DNA from: Aplysia californica
Lineage: Eukaryota
NCBI RefSeq assembly: GCF_000002075.1
Contig: NW_004797838.1
Location: 53,350-117,349, forward strand
Reading direction: 5' to 3'
Length of the DNA stretch: 64,000 nt
The notes below the pieces were generated by a model that saw only the letters and a program-made list of their open reading frames with translations, was not told the DNA's origin and made no database searches. Positions within the stretch are counted from its first letter, which is position 1. The number at the start of each line of letters is the position of its first letter. The position numbers and the translations under genes are program-made. This document shows, one piece after another, positions 1 to 12,141 of this stretch.

Positions 1-261
1 CTTTCCAGGTGTAAGATTATATTTGAACATCCCCTTATGTTTTCCAGAAGAAAAAACAGGAGGCATGGGACTTCTACATTTATGTACACAAAGTCGTAAC
101 AATACTCTTGTCAACTGTACTACAAAAGACAGAGCATTTTAGCTTAAAACATTTATGAGAACAGCACCAAAAATGAAACTGAATGAAGATGATAATTAAA
201 AAATAAAGACCACAGTCTCCAAGACAGCCATCTATTGTCGAGGAGAGATGTGGTTGCCTTA

Positions 262-402
262 TACGGGGTGCCCACTACGGATGGGATCGGTCGATCGGGC
301 CGATCGCCCTACTCGATCGCCTCAAAAACAAACGTGTTTGTTTTCAGTTTCAGGCTATCGAGTCGGGCGATCGGCCCGATCCAGCCGTAGTGGGCATCCC
401 GT
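262..402. mobile_element. Palindromic MITE with TA flanks, nested in a pogo/Tc1-type MITE (about 213-511)
   Basis: TIRs TACGGGGTGCCCACTACGG / CCGTAGTGGGCATCCCGTA. The host element resembles 27795-27960. Confidence 0.7.
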
Positions 403-614
403 ATTAGACAGGTGGACCTCTTGGACAGTGTCATAAAATAAAATAAAACGCAAGAGGGAAAGTGGGACGTAGTTGTTTGTACAGGTGGCCATTAGAGCAG
501 ATGCGACTGTATTTACAATACCTTAACCTATTACTATTATTGTTTTATGAAAATATGAACCATGAGAAAGGTTTAAGCATCCCATACAAAAAGCAAGGAA
601 CCAGTTGAGGAACA

Positions 615-900
615 TATGTGTCACGACGTGGTGGAATCAGGCGCTCATCAATTCTTTGACATATGGAGTTATTGGTATCAACTTAAAGCTCTTTCAGTTG
701 TATTACTTTTGATGAAAGAAATACCCATCTATCTTGAATAGAAGTCGAGATATTTGTGAGTGGAGGAAATGGGGGTCAACTGGTTTCAGAGGTAAAATTA
801 GCGAGAAAATGGCCGCCAAAGTTTGGTAACTTCCACAGCTTGAGAGTCCTTGGAAATAGACAATGTGCAATTTTTTTAAATCAACGTTTTTCTGTACAAA
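615..900. mobile_element. Partial copy of an ATGTG...CACAT TIR non-autonomous element family
   Basis: Shares the terminus ATGTGTCACG..GTGGAATCAGGCGCTC and internal blocks with 18609-19573, 40287-40731 and 49137-49614. Confidence 0.7.
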
Positions 901-947
901 TCCAAACTAAAATGTGTTTTTAATTAGACGTAAAAAGTTTTGAGCAA

Positions 948-1132
948 ATACTATACCTTAGCAGACATAGTAAGATATAGCAACACTATACCTCGGCAGA
1001 CATGGCAATAAAAAATAGCAAGCAACACTATATCTGGGCAGACATAGTAGTAAGATATAGCAAGCAACACTATATCTGGGCAGACATAGTAGTAAGATAT
1101 AGCAAGCAACACTATACCTCAGCAGACATGGC
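948..1132 (-). repeat. Tandem repeat (about 42-bp period, 5 copies) spanning the TCEA1 exon 6 donor
   Basis: Unit on the minus strand is ATGTCTGCYVAG|RTATAGTGTTGCTTGCTATATCTTACTACT. Confidence 0.9.
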
Positions 1133-4100
1133 AGCAATCCTCTGAGCTGAGATCAAACCAATGAGCACGTTCTGTCGGAGCTGCGGGTTCCTCGAGTCCT
1201 TCAGGTTGGCCACTCGACTTCTGATACGGTTCTTGTACTTGACCTCCGTGTTGTTAAACTCTTCAAATATGGCTGGAGAATACACACGTCACACATACAG
1301 ACACCAAGTTCATACGAAGGGCTAGACCTGGTAATAAAATAACATAAGACTAAAATCTTATCAATGAACTGCAGGTCAACAAATCCCTGCTCGATGACCC
1401 CTATTCTAAACCCTGCTGACAACATAGAGTGGATAGTCATGGGAGTAACAAAAGACTAGCAAAGTAAACTTATTATGAACAAAATGACAGTAGACATGTG
1501 GAAACCACTGCTGTTTAATGAGGTTTTTTAATAAAAGTGTTCTTTTGCCCCCGTCAACACAATTTACATCATTTAGGAGGCAAGCTTCCGGCCCTGCCTG
1601 TCAGGGCCAAACCCAAGCTGAAAGGGATACAACGTCCCAGCAGAAACACAGAAATACTTAATAGAAATTCTCCCTTCTCAGGAATCAAACTATGGGTTTC
1701 CTGCATGCGACAGTAGAGCCCCTAACCACTGCACCTCAGACGCCAGTTTAGAAAAGTGTGACACAGATACAAGCAAAGTGAACTCACCGTCCTCAACAGC
1801 AGCTGCCAACTCTTCAGGGTCATGAGCACCTTCTGGAATTTCTGTACAAAAAGTAAACAATGCTCACATGTTAACATTTCTATGCTCAGAAAGCACATTC
1901 ATTAATATCTAAACTGCAAAAGGAACACTATAGCCATGGGCTATAAATTTTTGTAAAGTTTTAGTTTCAGTAAGAGTTTTAGAGCACTTGCAACACAAAT
2001 AGATCATATGAGTACAGAAGATTAGAAATGTTACACGAGAGCAACAAACAAAACAAAAAAGGAGGAGAGATAAGGATGACAGACGTTTGACAGGAAAGAA
2101 GGAGCAAACCACACCAAAGCAGTCATCGACTTCCCATGCTATAAGTTGTGAACAAATTCAACGAGGCTAACTTTACCTAAAGAGAATAAGAAGCACATTG
2201 CAAGGGAAAAAGCAAGACTGACAGATAGATAGAAACAACAGAGGGGGGTAAAAGAAAGAGGACAAGACTAACCTTACACCAGAAAGCAGTAATTAATCTT
2301 GTTTATTCCTCTCGATCAACCCACATCTTTTATCGATCTCAGGTACTCTCTCTGATCAACCTATAAAAATCTTACCCTTTTCCCACCCTTTTTCTAGACA
2401 CCTTGCATTTCTTTAAAGTGCTAAACCAAAATCCGACTTTTACGACCACTTTACCAGACACCCTGCATTCGATAAAAGTAATAACTGGCCTGCCAACTTT
2501 TGAAAATGTAAAATAGGGAAAATCGGCGTGACACGCTGTGATACAGGTCATATTCCTGTCACACTCAACTTATTCATATTTATTTTATGGCCAACAAGGC
2601 AACACCGAGTCAGGATCGAGTAAACGTAGTGCGCAAATTCGATTGGCAGGTTAACTTGAGCATTATATGTAGCCGAACCACATAACAGTAAAGGACCCAC
2701 GCCTAAAAAGAATATTTTAGCAACACAAGAGTTCTGGTATCGCCAATTTCATTCGTCATTTTTGCGCACCTAATTGTAATAATATTCTTATATAGGGCGG
2801 CTCCGAAATCGGGAAATTCGGGAAGGTTGGCAGGCCTGTCATTAAAATAAGCACAAAACGAAGAGAAAAGGTTCATTACCGCTGCTTTTGAGGGCGTTGG
2901 ACAAGAGCTCTCGACACTTGAGCCGGATGGCATCTGCCGTGTTGGCCAGCTTGCTGGAGCTGTCCCTCTCTGTGTCCTTGTCGCCGCTGCTGCCGTCAGA
3001 TTTTCCCTCCTCTGTGCCGTCGTTGGATGTCTCGTCCATCTTCTGACTTCCTGCATCGCCCGAAGATCGTGAGGTCGTTCTGCTCATACCCCCAGGGCTG
3101 TCTGTTAACACGTTTAGTTTTAATAAGGTTTTACAGCATTCGCAACTGCATAAGATCATGAGCGCCAAGGGGTGGATGTCAACAGAAAAGTCCAACGGGG
3201 TATAAGGCTTACTCTGCTCACCTCTCTAGTCTCAACAGCACAAAGTCTGCTTTGACTATCAAGGCACCCCGGAAATAGCAGTTCACAAGAGAGTAACAAA
3301 CATACAAAAGAAGTAGAGGAAAAATGACGATTGTAAGGATGAGGAAAGAAAAAGCAGCAGTTCCCCCTATGTTGTTCCGGCACAGTATGAGCATGACATT
3401 GATAAATCAGCCCATTTACATTTTTGCTGTGCATAAGAACATGTTAATATCCCCCCTTTGGGAATTGTTAACACGTTGAAAAATAAAATATGGAGATGTC
3501 TGATCAACAGGAAGAATCTAAAAAAACAGGTTCTGATACTGAGCGCAGACTCATAGAGAAATACAAAACACCATCCGACAAGCTTAACAATAGAACTCAA
3601 TACCGATACTTTCAAATACTCACAAAAATGCCTTTAATCATTCTTTCCTACTGTTTATTCTCCACCATTTAGGATCAGAGTATTAAAAAAATTTTATTCA
3701 ACCAGACAAACAAGCAAACACACCAGCCTTTGTGCATGAGTCAAAATCTAAGTTTTATACATCTGTGCTGTCGGAAAACACTAATGGGGGATAATCTAAC
3801 ATTTGCTGACCAACCTGGATCGATAACGTTGACAAACAAAGGCAAATTTGCCGAATACAGTCTAGCACGCACTTAGCTAAATGAGCGGGATGCAGAAATT
3901 TTTTCCTTATGTACAAATTCCGCCACGTACATGTTCATGCTAGACTATATCAACTTATAAAATCAGTGATCATAATAAGCAAAAGTCAAAAAGGAGGAAA
4001 ACACACCGACAGGAGCACCGAACCCGCGAAAAAAAATTATGAGACCCTACCACACCCATAGAAATTATTAACATCAATTTCAGTTTCAAAAGAAATCTTG

Positions 4101-7100
4101 TAATTAACAATTAACATACCTTTGAGGACAGGGAAAACAGCTCAACTGGCTTGGATGGGGTGGTATTTTAATTAGAGGAACTTCTACTTTAATAATAAAA
4201 TCACCAACACAAATAGTAACCTTTGATTCTATGGGATTTTTTGTTTTAGTAGAGGTTTTACGGCGCTCACAACTGCATAAGGTCATATGAGCGCCAGAAG
4301 ATTAGAGGTGTTACAAGAGAGTAAAAAAAAAACATTAAAAAAGGAGGGGAGATAAGGACGATAGACGTTTGATAGGAAAGAAGGAGCAAACCACACCAGA
4401 GCACTTTGATTCTAATTCTGTAGACAAACTTTCCTCTCACCACACAAATCTAAATTAGTTTTTGATTTTCAGATCAATTTCTTTTATTCAGAAATATCCA
4501 GTTTTCTCAGTTCCTTCATGATGAATGCTTTCGTGAGGGCTCATGCACGTGAAATGGTGCTAATCGAACTAAAATACGCCCCACACTAACAATGCAGTCT
4601 CCAGCAGTTTCATGATGACGGAAGCACCATGAAATTCGAGTATCGCATACATCAGCGGATTGTGTGGGGCAATCGCTAGGCATCATATTGTCGAGAAGAT
4701 TAATTTGTGCGAACCACACGAATCGTGGAAAGGAGGAACTGGGAGGAAAGCGGAGAAGACTGAAAATCCCGGATTTCCGGGGATCCGAGGAAGATTATGA
4801 TCACTGATAAAATGCACTTTCTATTACAAAACATTAGAGGAGAAGGTCAAATCTTACAAACAAACAAAATATATCGGCTCACTCGGCATACATTCAAACT
4901 CAATCAACGTTCAGTATTCAAATAAAAGTAAGGCAAAACAATTGACACCAACCTGCCGGTAACAGCTTTTTCCAGTTCTTTATCAATGTTTTGGCCAGGG
5001 ACACAACCTCGTCATTGTTGCTGGCTTTACGCAGGTTGTTCACTGTCATTCCAATTCTTGTTTTCTGCAAGGAGGACAGATACCGTACATGCCTGTAGTC
5101 TAATCCATAATCACTCAAAAAGTTGAGCACAAAATTTATATATATACATCATCCTCTAAATTTAATTATCGGGATATATGTACCTGAAACAACTAGGTCC
5201 CTCTTATTCAATGTAAAAAGGATTGCGTTAATTTTCAAATCTAAATAATACTGCAAAGAAACATAGAATCTGCCTGCCATATGTTGTCTTTTTTTAACTT
5301 CACTACTATCCGTTCACTTCAACAAAAAGATTTTTGGAAACTCAAAAAGAAATGTGTCCTTGTTCTCTCTACACATCAAGGAAGGGTTCTAAGGGTGTTT
5401 GAGGAAAATTTACACACACTTGCATAAGCCTGAGACAGTCTTTGAGCAACGAGAAGCACATTTTTAAAAAAAAATTTAGTAGAGGTTTTACGGCACTCAC
5501 AACGGCATAAGGTCATATGAGCGCCAAGGGGTGGATGTCAACAGAGAAGTCTTTACAGGGAATCTGGCTTACTCTGCTCACCTCTCTAGCTTCAACAGCA
5601 CAAAGTCTGTTTCGACTTTCAAGGCACCCCCGGAAATAGCGGGTCACAAGAGCGTGACAAACATACAAAAAAAGTAGAGGAAAATGACAATAGTATGGAT
5701 TAGGAAAGAAAACGCAGCAGTTCCCAGTTGTGGATCAGGCACAGTTATGAGCGTGGCATTGATGAACCAGCCCATTTACAATTCTACTGTGCATAAGAAC
5801 AGGTTAATGTCCCCCCCTTTGGGAATGGCCTAAAGACACTTCAGTCAGTAGCACTGCCCCGGGGGGTGAAGCACATCTGCACAATGATCACAGTAACAGA
5901 AAGATAAGGGAAATAAATACATGTACTGGGACAGGAATAGAAGTAAGAACTATCTGAGGCACCCTCTAACCACCCGTCATCTGGATCTAAATTTCAAGGA
6001 AATACCAGACTCCACAGTCTATTACACAGCTTAAATTGAACCCTATTTCTAAAATAAAAAATATATTGTACCTATAAGTGAAAGTGCTGAAAAAAACAAC
6101 AACAATAAGGCTGTAACAGATGACAAAGGAAAAAGATGTATGATATCACTGATCCTGACTGGTTCAGGTTCAGCTCATTTTCATAAATTAGTCATTAATA
6201 ATCTTTAATTAATAAAAACCTCATACATACTTCATCACAAGAATTACAAATAAAAAATAAATATCTTCAGATAATAAAGTAAGATTTACCTGCAGAACCT
6301 CCAGGGTCATTTTTGTGTCTCTCAAAGCTTTCAAAAGATCTAGAGCTGTTGTATGCTCCTGGAAATTGAAAAAAAATCAAAGAAAATGAGACAAATGGCG
6401 GGAAAAAAAGAAAAAAAAAAGCAAAGAAAAAATACAACTTTTACCTTAATTTGTCAGAATTTATGAGAAAGTGACAGATCTAGATTCTCTTTTTACTGAA
6501 ACATACATCACAAGAGTGGTCAAATGGTCAAACTTACCCACTAGTAACACACGTCAATATACCTTCTCTACCACTTTGTGGTTGCACGTTTTTTAAGAAT
6601 ATCATTTGCTCATTAGCTTACTAATGAAAAGCACAAAATCTTAAGCTTCTGTCTCAGTTTTTCTCCAATTTCTATACCATTTTGGCAATACTTTTGTCAT
6701 ATATGTATACAACCAGTCAACCTTCTGAAATTTCAAATTCTGAGTTAAAAGCACCGACGTACTCCATTCCATTTTATAAAATATAATTTGAAAACAATAG
6801 TGACAACTTATTACCGAATGTCACTGGATAGCCAGAAAAGTTTTTTGGGATGAAAGTATGAAAATTACTTTCCATTGGATTCAACAAGACAAGAATATAG
6901 CAAAAAGGAAAAACTTATTATTAATGCAAATTTTCAATTTTCTTACTTTCTTCTGGGACCAGTAATTTAATCAGATATTTTGCGTAACAGTGTCACAGAC
7001 GTAAGGATTTAGACTTAGATCTAGTGCCTTTCCCGATGTTCGCAAGTCTGACAATTTTTTTTCATTTTAAATGACATATTATGCTAGATTTTCTCAAAAA

Positions 7101-10100
7101 ATGGCTAGAACACGGAAGAAATATGTTTTTCTAATGTGATAAGAAAAAAAAAAAGAAATCTAGCACCGGTTAGAAATGGTAACAGACAGTGCACAATGGT
7201 GGTCGAAAATCGCGCAATTAAAGCTGACATTCCATATGCCCGAAAAACCGATGCGAACTTCAGGTGCGAATTTCGCTTGCGAATTATTTTTTTCGCACCA
7301 ACGTTTTTGTCATTGGGTGAATCCATATACCGGAATTTCGCATGGCCGAGTCCGAAATTCGCATGCGAAGATTTTATTTCGCACGAGGGAGCGAAACTTT
7401 TTTCTTCGCATGCGAATTCTTCGTGGAGTGGGCGGGGCTTATTCCCCGCCAAATCTACTTCAAAGGAACGAAGCAGCATAGAACATGATAGAAGCACTAG
7501 ATAAGTGGGGAAAACGTCGAAATGTTAATTTCCTTGGTTCGAGAGAGAAGTGTTAAAACCAAGACTGAAAAGAAGTGTTTATTTTCAAGGTGGCTGTCAT
7601 TTGCAGGGCAACCACTTTTTTTTTTTTAGTTTGTGGGAAACTTTCGGGAGTCTATGTAATCTATCCATGCTATCATTTATCGTTTAAATCATGTAATAAC
7701 TAAAAATAGCATTTCACTTACACCCCCCTCCCTCCTTAATTAAATGCACTTGAATATAACTTCTAACATACATTAATTATAATGTCAGCTTCGGGGGCTA
7801 CACCCCCAAAATCAAAATTCGGCTCAAAATCATGGAATTTGAGTTGTAGGCATTTTTAGCTTCCTCAGCCTCTCCTACAACTATTTCATGGCATAAGAAC
7901 CCCCAAAAATCGTATTTTTTCCCATACTGGGCATGTTTGTAACCGCCATTTCCTCATAAAGTCAGCATTTTATTTTTCTTTATCGGCCGTTTTCTCAAAA
8001 TGCTACTTTTCTCTATACTTTTTTAAATAACTCCACCATTTTTCATCCAATCTTCATGAAATTTTCACAGAATGAAGAGAAGAAGTAATACTAAAAATTT
8101 GTCTGTTGAATTTTTGATATATGGAATAGATTTTTGTTGGTGGTGTCTGGAGTGTGAATTTTCACGGATTTTTCGCAAACTTGAATGCTACCTCAGGAAA
8201 AAATTCATAAAAGATTTTCTAATTCGATTAGGAAAAAAACTTCAGACAAATTTTTAGATCTAATGTTTGTGAACACGCATGCAAAAAAAAAATCAATTTC
8301 CATGAGCGATAAGTGCGGTATTCATTACGTAAGACATGTCAATAAAATCCAATATGGCGGCGTATCCATGGAAACGAAACTTTTTTCTCAAATTTGATAG
8401 CGGATTTCAAGACTCCTTTCTATGCTTGTTATATGTGTGAAATGTGGTAAAATTAAAATTCGGTCCAGTAATAAGCGAGATAGCCTCCAGGTGTAGCCTC
8501 CCCCCCCACCCCCCCCCCCCCACCCCTTAAGATTGCTGTCTGTGCCGCAGCCACATCAGCCAGCGCTGTCGGTGATAGGACCGAAGCTTTGAAAAGAAAA
8601 CGACCCAAGAAAGCAAAGCTTATGAAGGAAGGACCATCATCAAGTCTGGACAAAGCAATTTAAAGCTGCTTTCGTAGGAACAGGAGTTTTAACAGCAAAA
8701 TTCTCTTGTTTTCAACGTAGAGTGCTTGCTCTGACTGAACTGGTGCCTTGATTTCAGTCAGATGACGGATACGAATTTCGCGTATATGGAAGGAGGGCTC
8801 TTTTTTCATCGCACCCGAATTTCGTACACGAAATTCGCACCCGAAGTTCGCATCGGTTTTTCGGGCATATGGAATGTCAGCTTAAGTCTGACACATTGAC
8901 CTGACTTGGAAGTGCGCCAAATTTATTTCCAAAAGCGAAACGAAAGTAAATTTTTATGCTTTTAGACTATGCCATACTCATTTCTACATCGCTTTTGGAA
9001 GGAGCGACCACTCCAACAAGCACAATTAAAAAGCAAGGTAGATCTAGCTAGCCCCTACCCCAAACCTGAACATTAACCCTATCACTAACCCTCTACTAAT
9101 ATACTCTATATTTCAAAGTGGTCGCTCATTACAGAATTCCTCCCTCGATTTTAGCTTAGCCGCAATTTGCGAAAATTGGAGAAATTATTAGTAGATTTGA
9201 GAGTCATTTGTGACGCACCCCTCCAAGGGAGTCTCTGACATCTTACAGTAGAACTCGTAAATCTTGATCTTTGTTTTGATGGTCGATTAATGTTCAATAC
9301 AATGTCATGTAAATGACAATGTTTCCATACATTATGTATTTTGCGAATTGCACATACATATATTATTTTAATTATGTATTTGTATATATATGTACTCATT
9401 TCGTAACTATGTGTAAGCGTGTGCGTATGATAAGCAAGTAGATGTGTGCATGTGTGTGTGTGCGTCAGTTTGGCATGCACGATGTTTGTGCACATGTGTA
9501 CTTGAGTGGGTGTGTTTGAGTGTGTGAGTGTGTGTGTGGATGGGCATGAATGAGTGAGTATTGTTCATAACATGCATTTATGTAAAGCGCCTAGAGCTGT
9601 GTTCACTCGGGAGTGGGCTCTATAGAAATGATCTTTATTATTATAATCTTTTGTTTTCCCATCCTCGTTTTGTAAGCCTTCCACAAGCTGTTGCTGCTTT
9701 CTCTATCCTGATGTTGATCTCATAAAATCAAGTTATGTAGTAGAGCTGATGGTAGTCCCCAGGTCCAGGTAACAGGACTTGTCCACTGTCTCAAGTTCCT
9801 TGTCGTTCAACCTCTGCTCTGCACCTTCTTGAGTAAGGATGACTGTTTTCTTAACACTGATGACCAAGCCGTCCAAGCTAAAGACCTTGCATGCTGTCGA
9901 TAGGCGGTCCATTAGGTGATTTTGTAGTTTCGTTCGTTTAAGTCCAAAGCTGAACATCAGAGACCCTGAATTGCCAGGTAATTGTTAATTGTTGAGGAGT
10001 GAACTAAGCGTGAGACTACACTACTACACTAAAACTAAAGCCAAAACATTAAAATCTAATTAAAGAATGGAGCTTTTTCGGCAGTTCCCACCCCCCAATT

Positions 10101-10520
10101 ATTATTCGCCTGTTTGGGCCCCAAGAGTCAAGAGTAGGGGGGCTGAATTTTACCATAATTTGATGTTTTGCAGTTAGGTTGCATCCTGTTCTTTGTGTTG
10201 CCTATTTGGCCATCAAGACTTCTGGATTTCTTCTCTGGGTCAGGATGTAAACAATTTGAAATGGATCGTGGACTTTTAACAAACGAAACTACAGATCATC
10301 TAGATCTAGAATTCTAGATCTAATATATCTAGAATCTAGGTCTAGACCCTACTCCTACAAAAAAAAAAACATTTAGTTAGGGTAACATTTATTACTGTGT
10401 TAGTTTTACAAACTATGGAACCCAAACTATTGACAATGACTTCCTACTTACAGAAGTTTCGCTCGACACTAATTTGTCAAGCTTTTTGCCAATTTTAAAG
10501 ACTTCGTCTTCTGCGCCCAT
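1118..10520 (-). CDS. TCEA1: Transcription elongation factor S-II (TFIIS), partial; domain III zinc-ribbon exons lie outside the window
   Basis: Exons 10452-10520 ([23 protein letters not shown]), 6290-6358 ([23 protein letters not shown]), 4953-5064 ([37 protein letters not shown]), 2880-3101 (linker to [16 protein letters not shown]), 1788-1841 ([18 protein letters not shown]), 1118-1272 ([52 protein letters not shown]). All junctions are GT-AG with compatible phases. Motifs match TFIIS domains I and II. Confidence 0.95.
1555..1746 (-). mobile_element. tRNA-derived SINE, family with GCCCTGACAGGCAGGG tail
   Basis: Reverse-complement homolog of 15840-16027, with an A/B-box-like head. Confidence 0.65.
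1958..2120 (-). mobile_element. Short retroposon family A (degenerate copy)
   Basis: Homologous to 53647-53823. Confidence 0.75.
2485..2838. mobile_element. MITE with CWGGCCTGCCAAC TIRs
   Basis: CTGGCCTGCCAAC / GTTGGCAGGCCTG. Termini related to the 39129 and 40894 elements. Confidence 0.6.
3115..3465 (-). mobile_element. Short retroposon family B (5'-truncated) inserted at the TCEA1 exon 4 acceptor
   Basis: TSD TGTTAACACGTT (3103-3114 and 3466-3477). Homologous to 5462-5867. Confidence 0.85.
4232..4403 (-). mobile_element. Short retroposon family A
   Basis: TSD CTTTGATTCTA (4221-4231 and 4404-4414) and shared 3' tail. Confidence 0.85.
5462..5867 (-). mobile_element. Short retroposon family B (full length, about 400 bp)
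   Basis: TSD GAAGCACAT (5453-5461 and 5868-5876). Same 5' end as 31583-31987. Confidence 0.88.
7222..8882. mobile_element. PIF/Harbinger-type non-autonomous element with a nested MITE (about 7792-8527)
   Basis: TIRs of about 55 bp (AGCTGACATTCCATATGCCCGAAAAACCGATGCGAACTTC..) with TAA TSD (7219-7221 and 8883-8885). The inner element has GGGGGCTACACC / GGTGTAGCCTCC ends. Confidence 0.8.
9395..9645 (+). mobile_element. L2-type 3' end fragment with (TG)n
   Basis: Tail TGTAAAGCGCCTAGAGCTGTGTT..TTATTAT. Homologous copies at 21158-21325 and about 55300-55350. Confidence 0.6.
9646..9930 (-). mobile_element. RTE-clade LINE reverse transcriptase fragment (degenerate)
   Basis: Translations [39 protein letters not shown] and [24 protein letters not shown] match the RTE RT C-terminal pattern, with a frameshift. 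Confidence 0.8.
10293..10346. repeat. (TCTAGA)n-like palindromic array
   Basis: agatcatctagatctagaattctagatctaatatatctagaatctaggtctaga. Confidence 0.9.
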
Positions 10521-10800
10521 TTTCGTCAGTTTGTTCAGCAAGCACACAGATCTAAAACTAATAAATGAATCTCGAAGCACTCTGTAAACTTTCCAGGGCC
10601 TCCAGCAAAAGGGCTGTTTTGGTTGATTTCTGAACTTTGTTTGAAAGATAAAACACAATCAACCGGTACCGGTGTAAGTTCTAGCAGACTGATTTGTACT
10701 CTCACGCCTCTGCCAGTGTAAACACACAACAAAGTATTGAGGCCACTGGCAGTACAGCGCTTCCAAACAGGAAGTTACATTTGGACTATGGCGGTAAATT
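10521..10800. promoter_or_regulatory. Probable bidirectional promoter, TCEA1 / GT32-like gene
   Basis: Lies just upstream of the TCEA1 ATG. Contains ETS-like CAGGAAGT (10768-10775), YY1-like ATGGCGG (10788-10794) and a candidate plus-strand donor GCG|GTAAAT at 10793/10794. Confidence 0.5.
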
Positions 10801-11337
10801 AGGAGTAGAATAGTGGAATGGATGTGATTTATAATTAATACTTGGAACCAAGGTAACCCCACTGTAGCTCAACTTTTAAAATAAAATATAATTGTTTCTG
10901 TCTTTCTAGTATCACGTCTTATTACGTGGAACAGGAGTACTTTTTTCCCATTTATTGATAAATTGTTCCCATTCCAGGCCTAAACGACGCGATAGAACAT
11001 GGGAATCTTTACAAAACTAGAATCTTTATTTCTTATTTGTCGATAACGAAATAAAACAAAAAACCAGATACCGACAATCCCACAACCCCCATCAACAAAA
11101 CGATCGGTAGTCAAGAGACGCCAAGAGAAGGCTGGAATGGGTGTATTTGCACAATTGATGAATTTTAGGTCTTGAATTCATCAGATTTGCCATACGGCAT
11201 ACTTTTGCATGGGAACTGTTCGCTTTTATCGTGTGCATGTAAGTGTAAGTAGACAGAGACAGAGAATATTTCGATGCTAAGATCTACTCTTTTGACCGTC
11301 CTGACGTCCTCGCCTTCCTTGTACTTTTGTAATGGAA

Positions 11338-11397
11338 TCTCTAGATTTAGATCTAAATGTAGATCTAGATAGATTTAGATCTAGATTTAGATCTAGT
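11338..11397. repeat. (TCTAGA)n-like palindromic array
   Basis: tctctagatttagatctaaatgtagatctagatagatttagatctagatttagatctagt. Confidence 0.9.
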
Positions 11398-11491
11398 AGG
11401 GGACTAGTATATTAGTAATAATACTAATAGATCTACAGTCGAACCTGTGTAAGACGAAATCGTAAGGGAGCCAGAAATAATTCTTTGCTAC

Positions 11492-12141
11492 CTCTATTCT
11501 CACCCGGAGTGAGAATAGTGCAGGCGAGTCTTGTGGCTATTCTCACCCGGTGCGTGTTCACCAAATTTTGCGTTCACCCTAAACCACAGAATTCTACACT
11601 GTGATAACAGAAAAATTGTAGAATTCTGTGCCGTGAACAAACATTCCATTACAACTGTAGCCTACTAAAAGCGTACAATTTTGTCTGTGGGCAGTGGAGA
11701 GAGAGAGAGAAAGAGAGAGAGGAGTAGCGCGAGAATTTCCGGGCAAAACAAAATGGCGACCCGCGTAGTTCGACTCGATTCGAAAAGTTAAATAGCCGTA
11801 GTATCTTTGTAGACAACCAAATTAATTTACTTTTTTGTGTTTTAACATCATTTTTTAACTTTGTTTTGGTCAATTTGATCGTCCACACCGATAGACAGTA
11901 TTCAGAAAGAGACAGAGAGAGAGAGAAGAGGGGAGAAGTTGATCTTGCGAGAACTTCCGGGCGGGTGAGAATAGCCACTTTCATTGTTTCTCTCTTTGAC
12001 ATTTTCTGTCTTAGCCGCAAGGGGAATTTAGAGGGGAGATGGAGGTGGGGTTTGAAAGGGAAGTGGCTATCCTCACCCGCGATGAGAATAAAAATGGGTA
12101 TAAAAATACTATCAACTCTCACCCCGGGTGGAAAAAACAGG
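11492..12141. mobile_element. Probable MITE with repeated ATTCTCACCCGG sub-terminal motifs
   Basis: Several direct and inverted CTCACCC/GGTGAGAAT motifs. Related short copy at about 37614-37732. Confidence 0.45.

Noticed and set aside
7105-7504. Overlapping ORFs of 100-130 aa on both strands
   Set aside because: They lie in the GC-richer TIR region of a non-autonomous transposon and have no recognisable protein motif.
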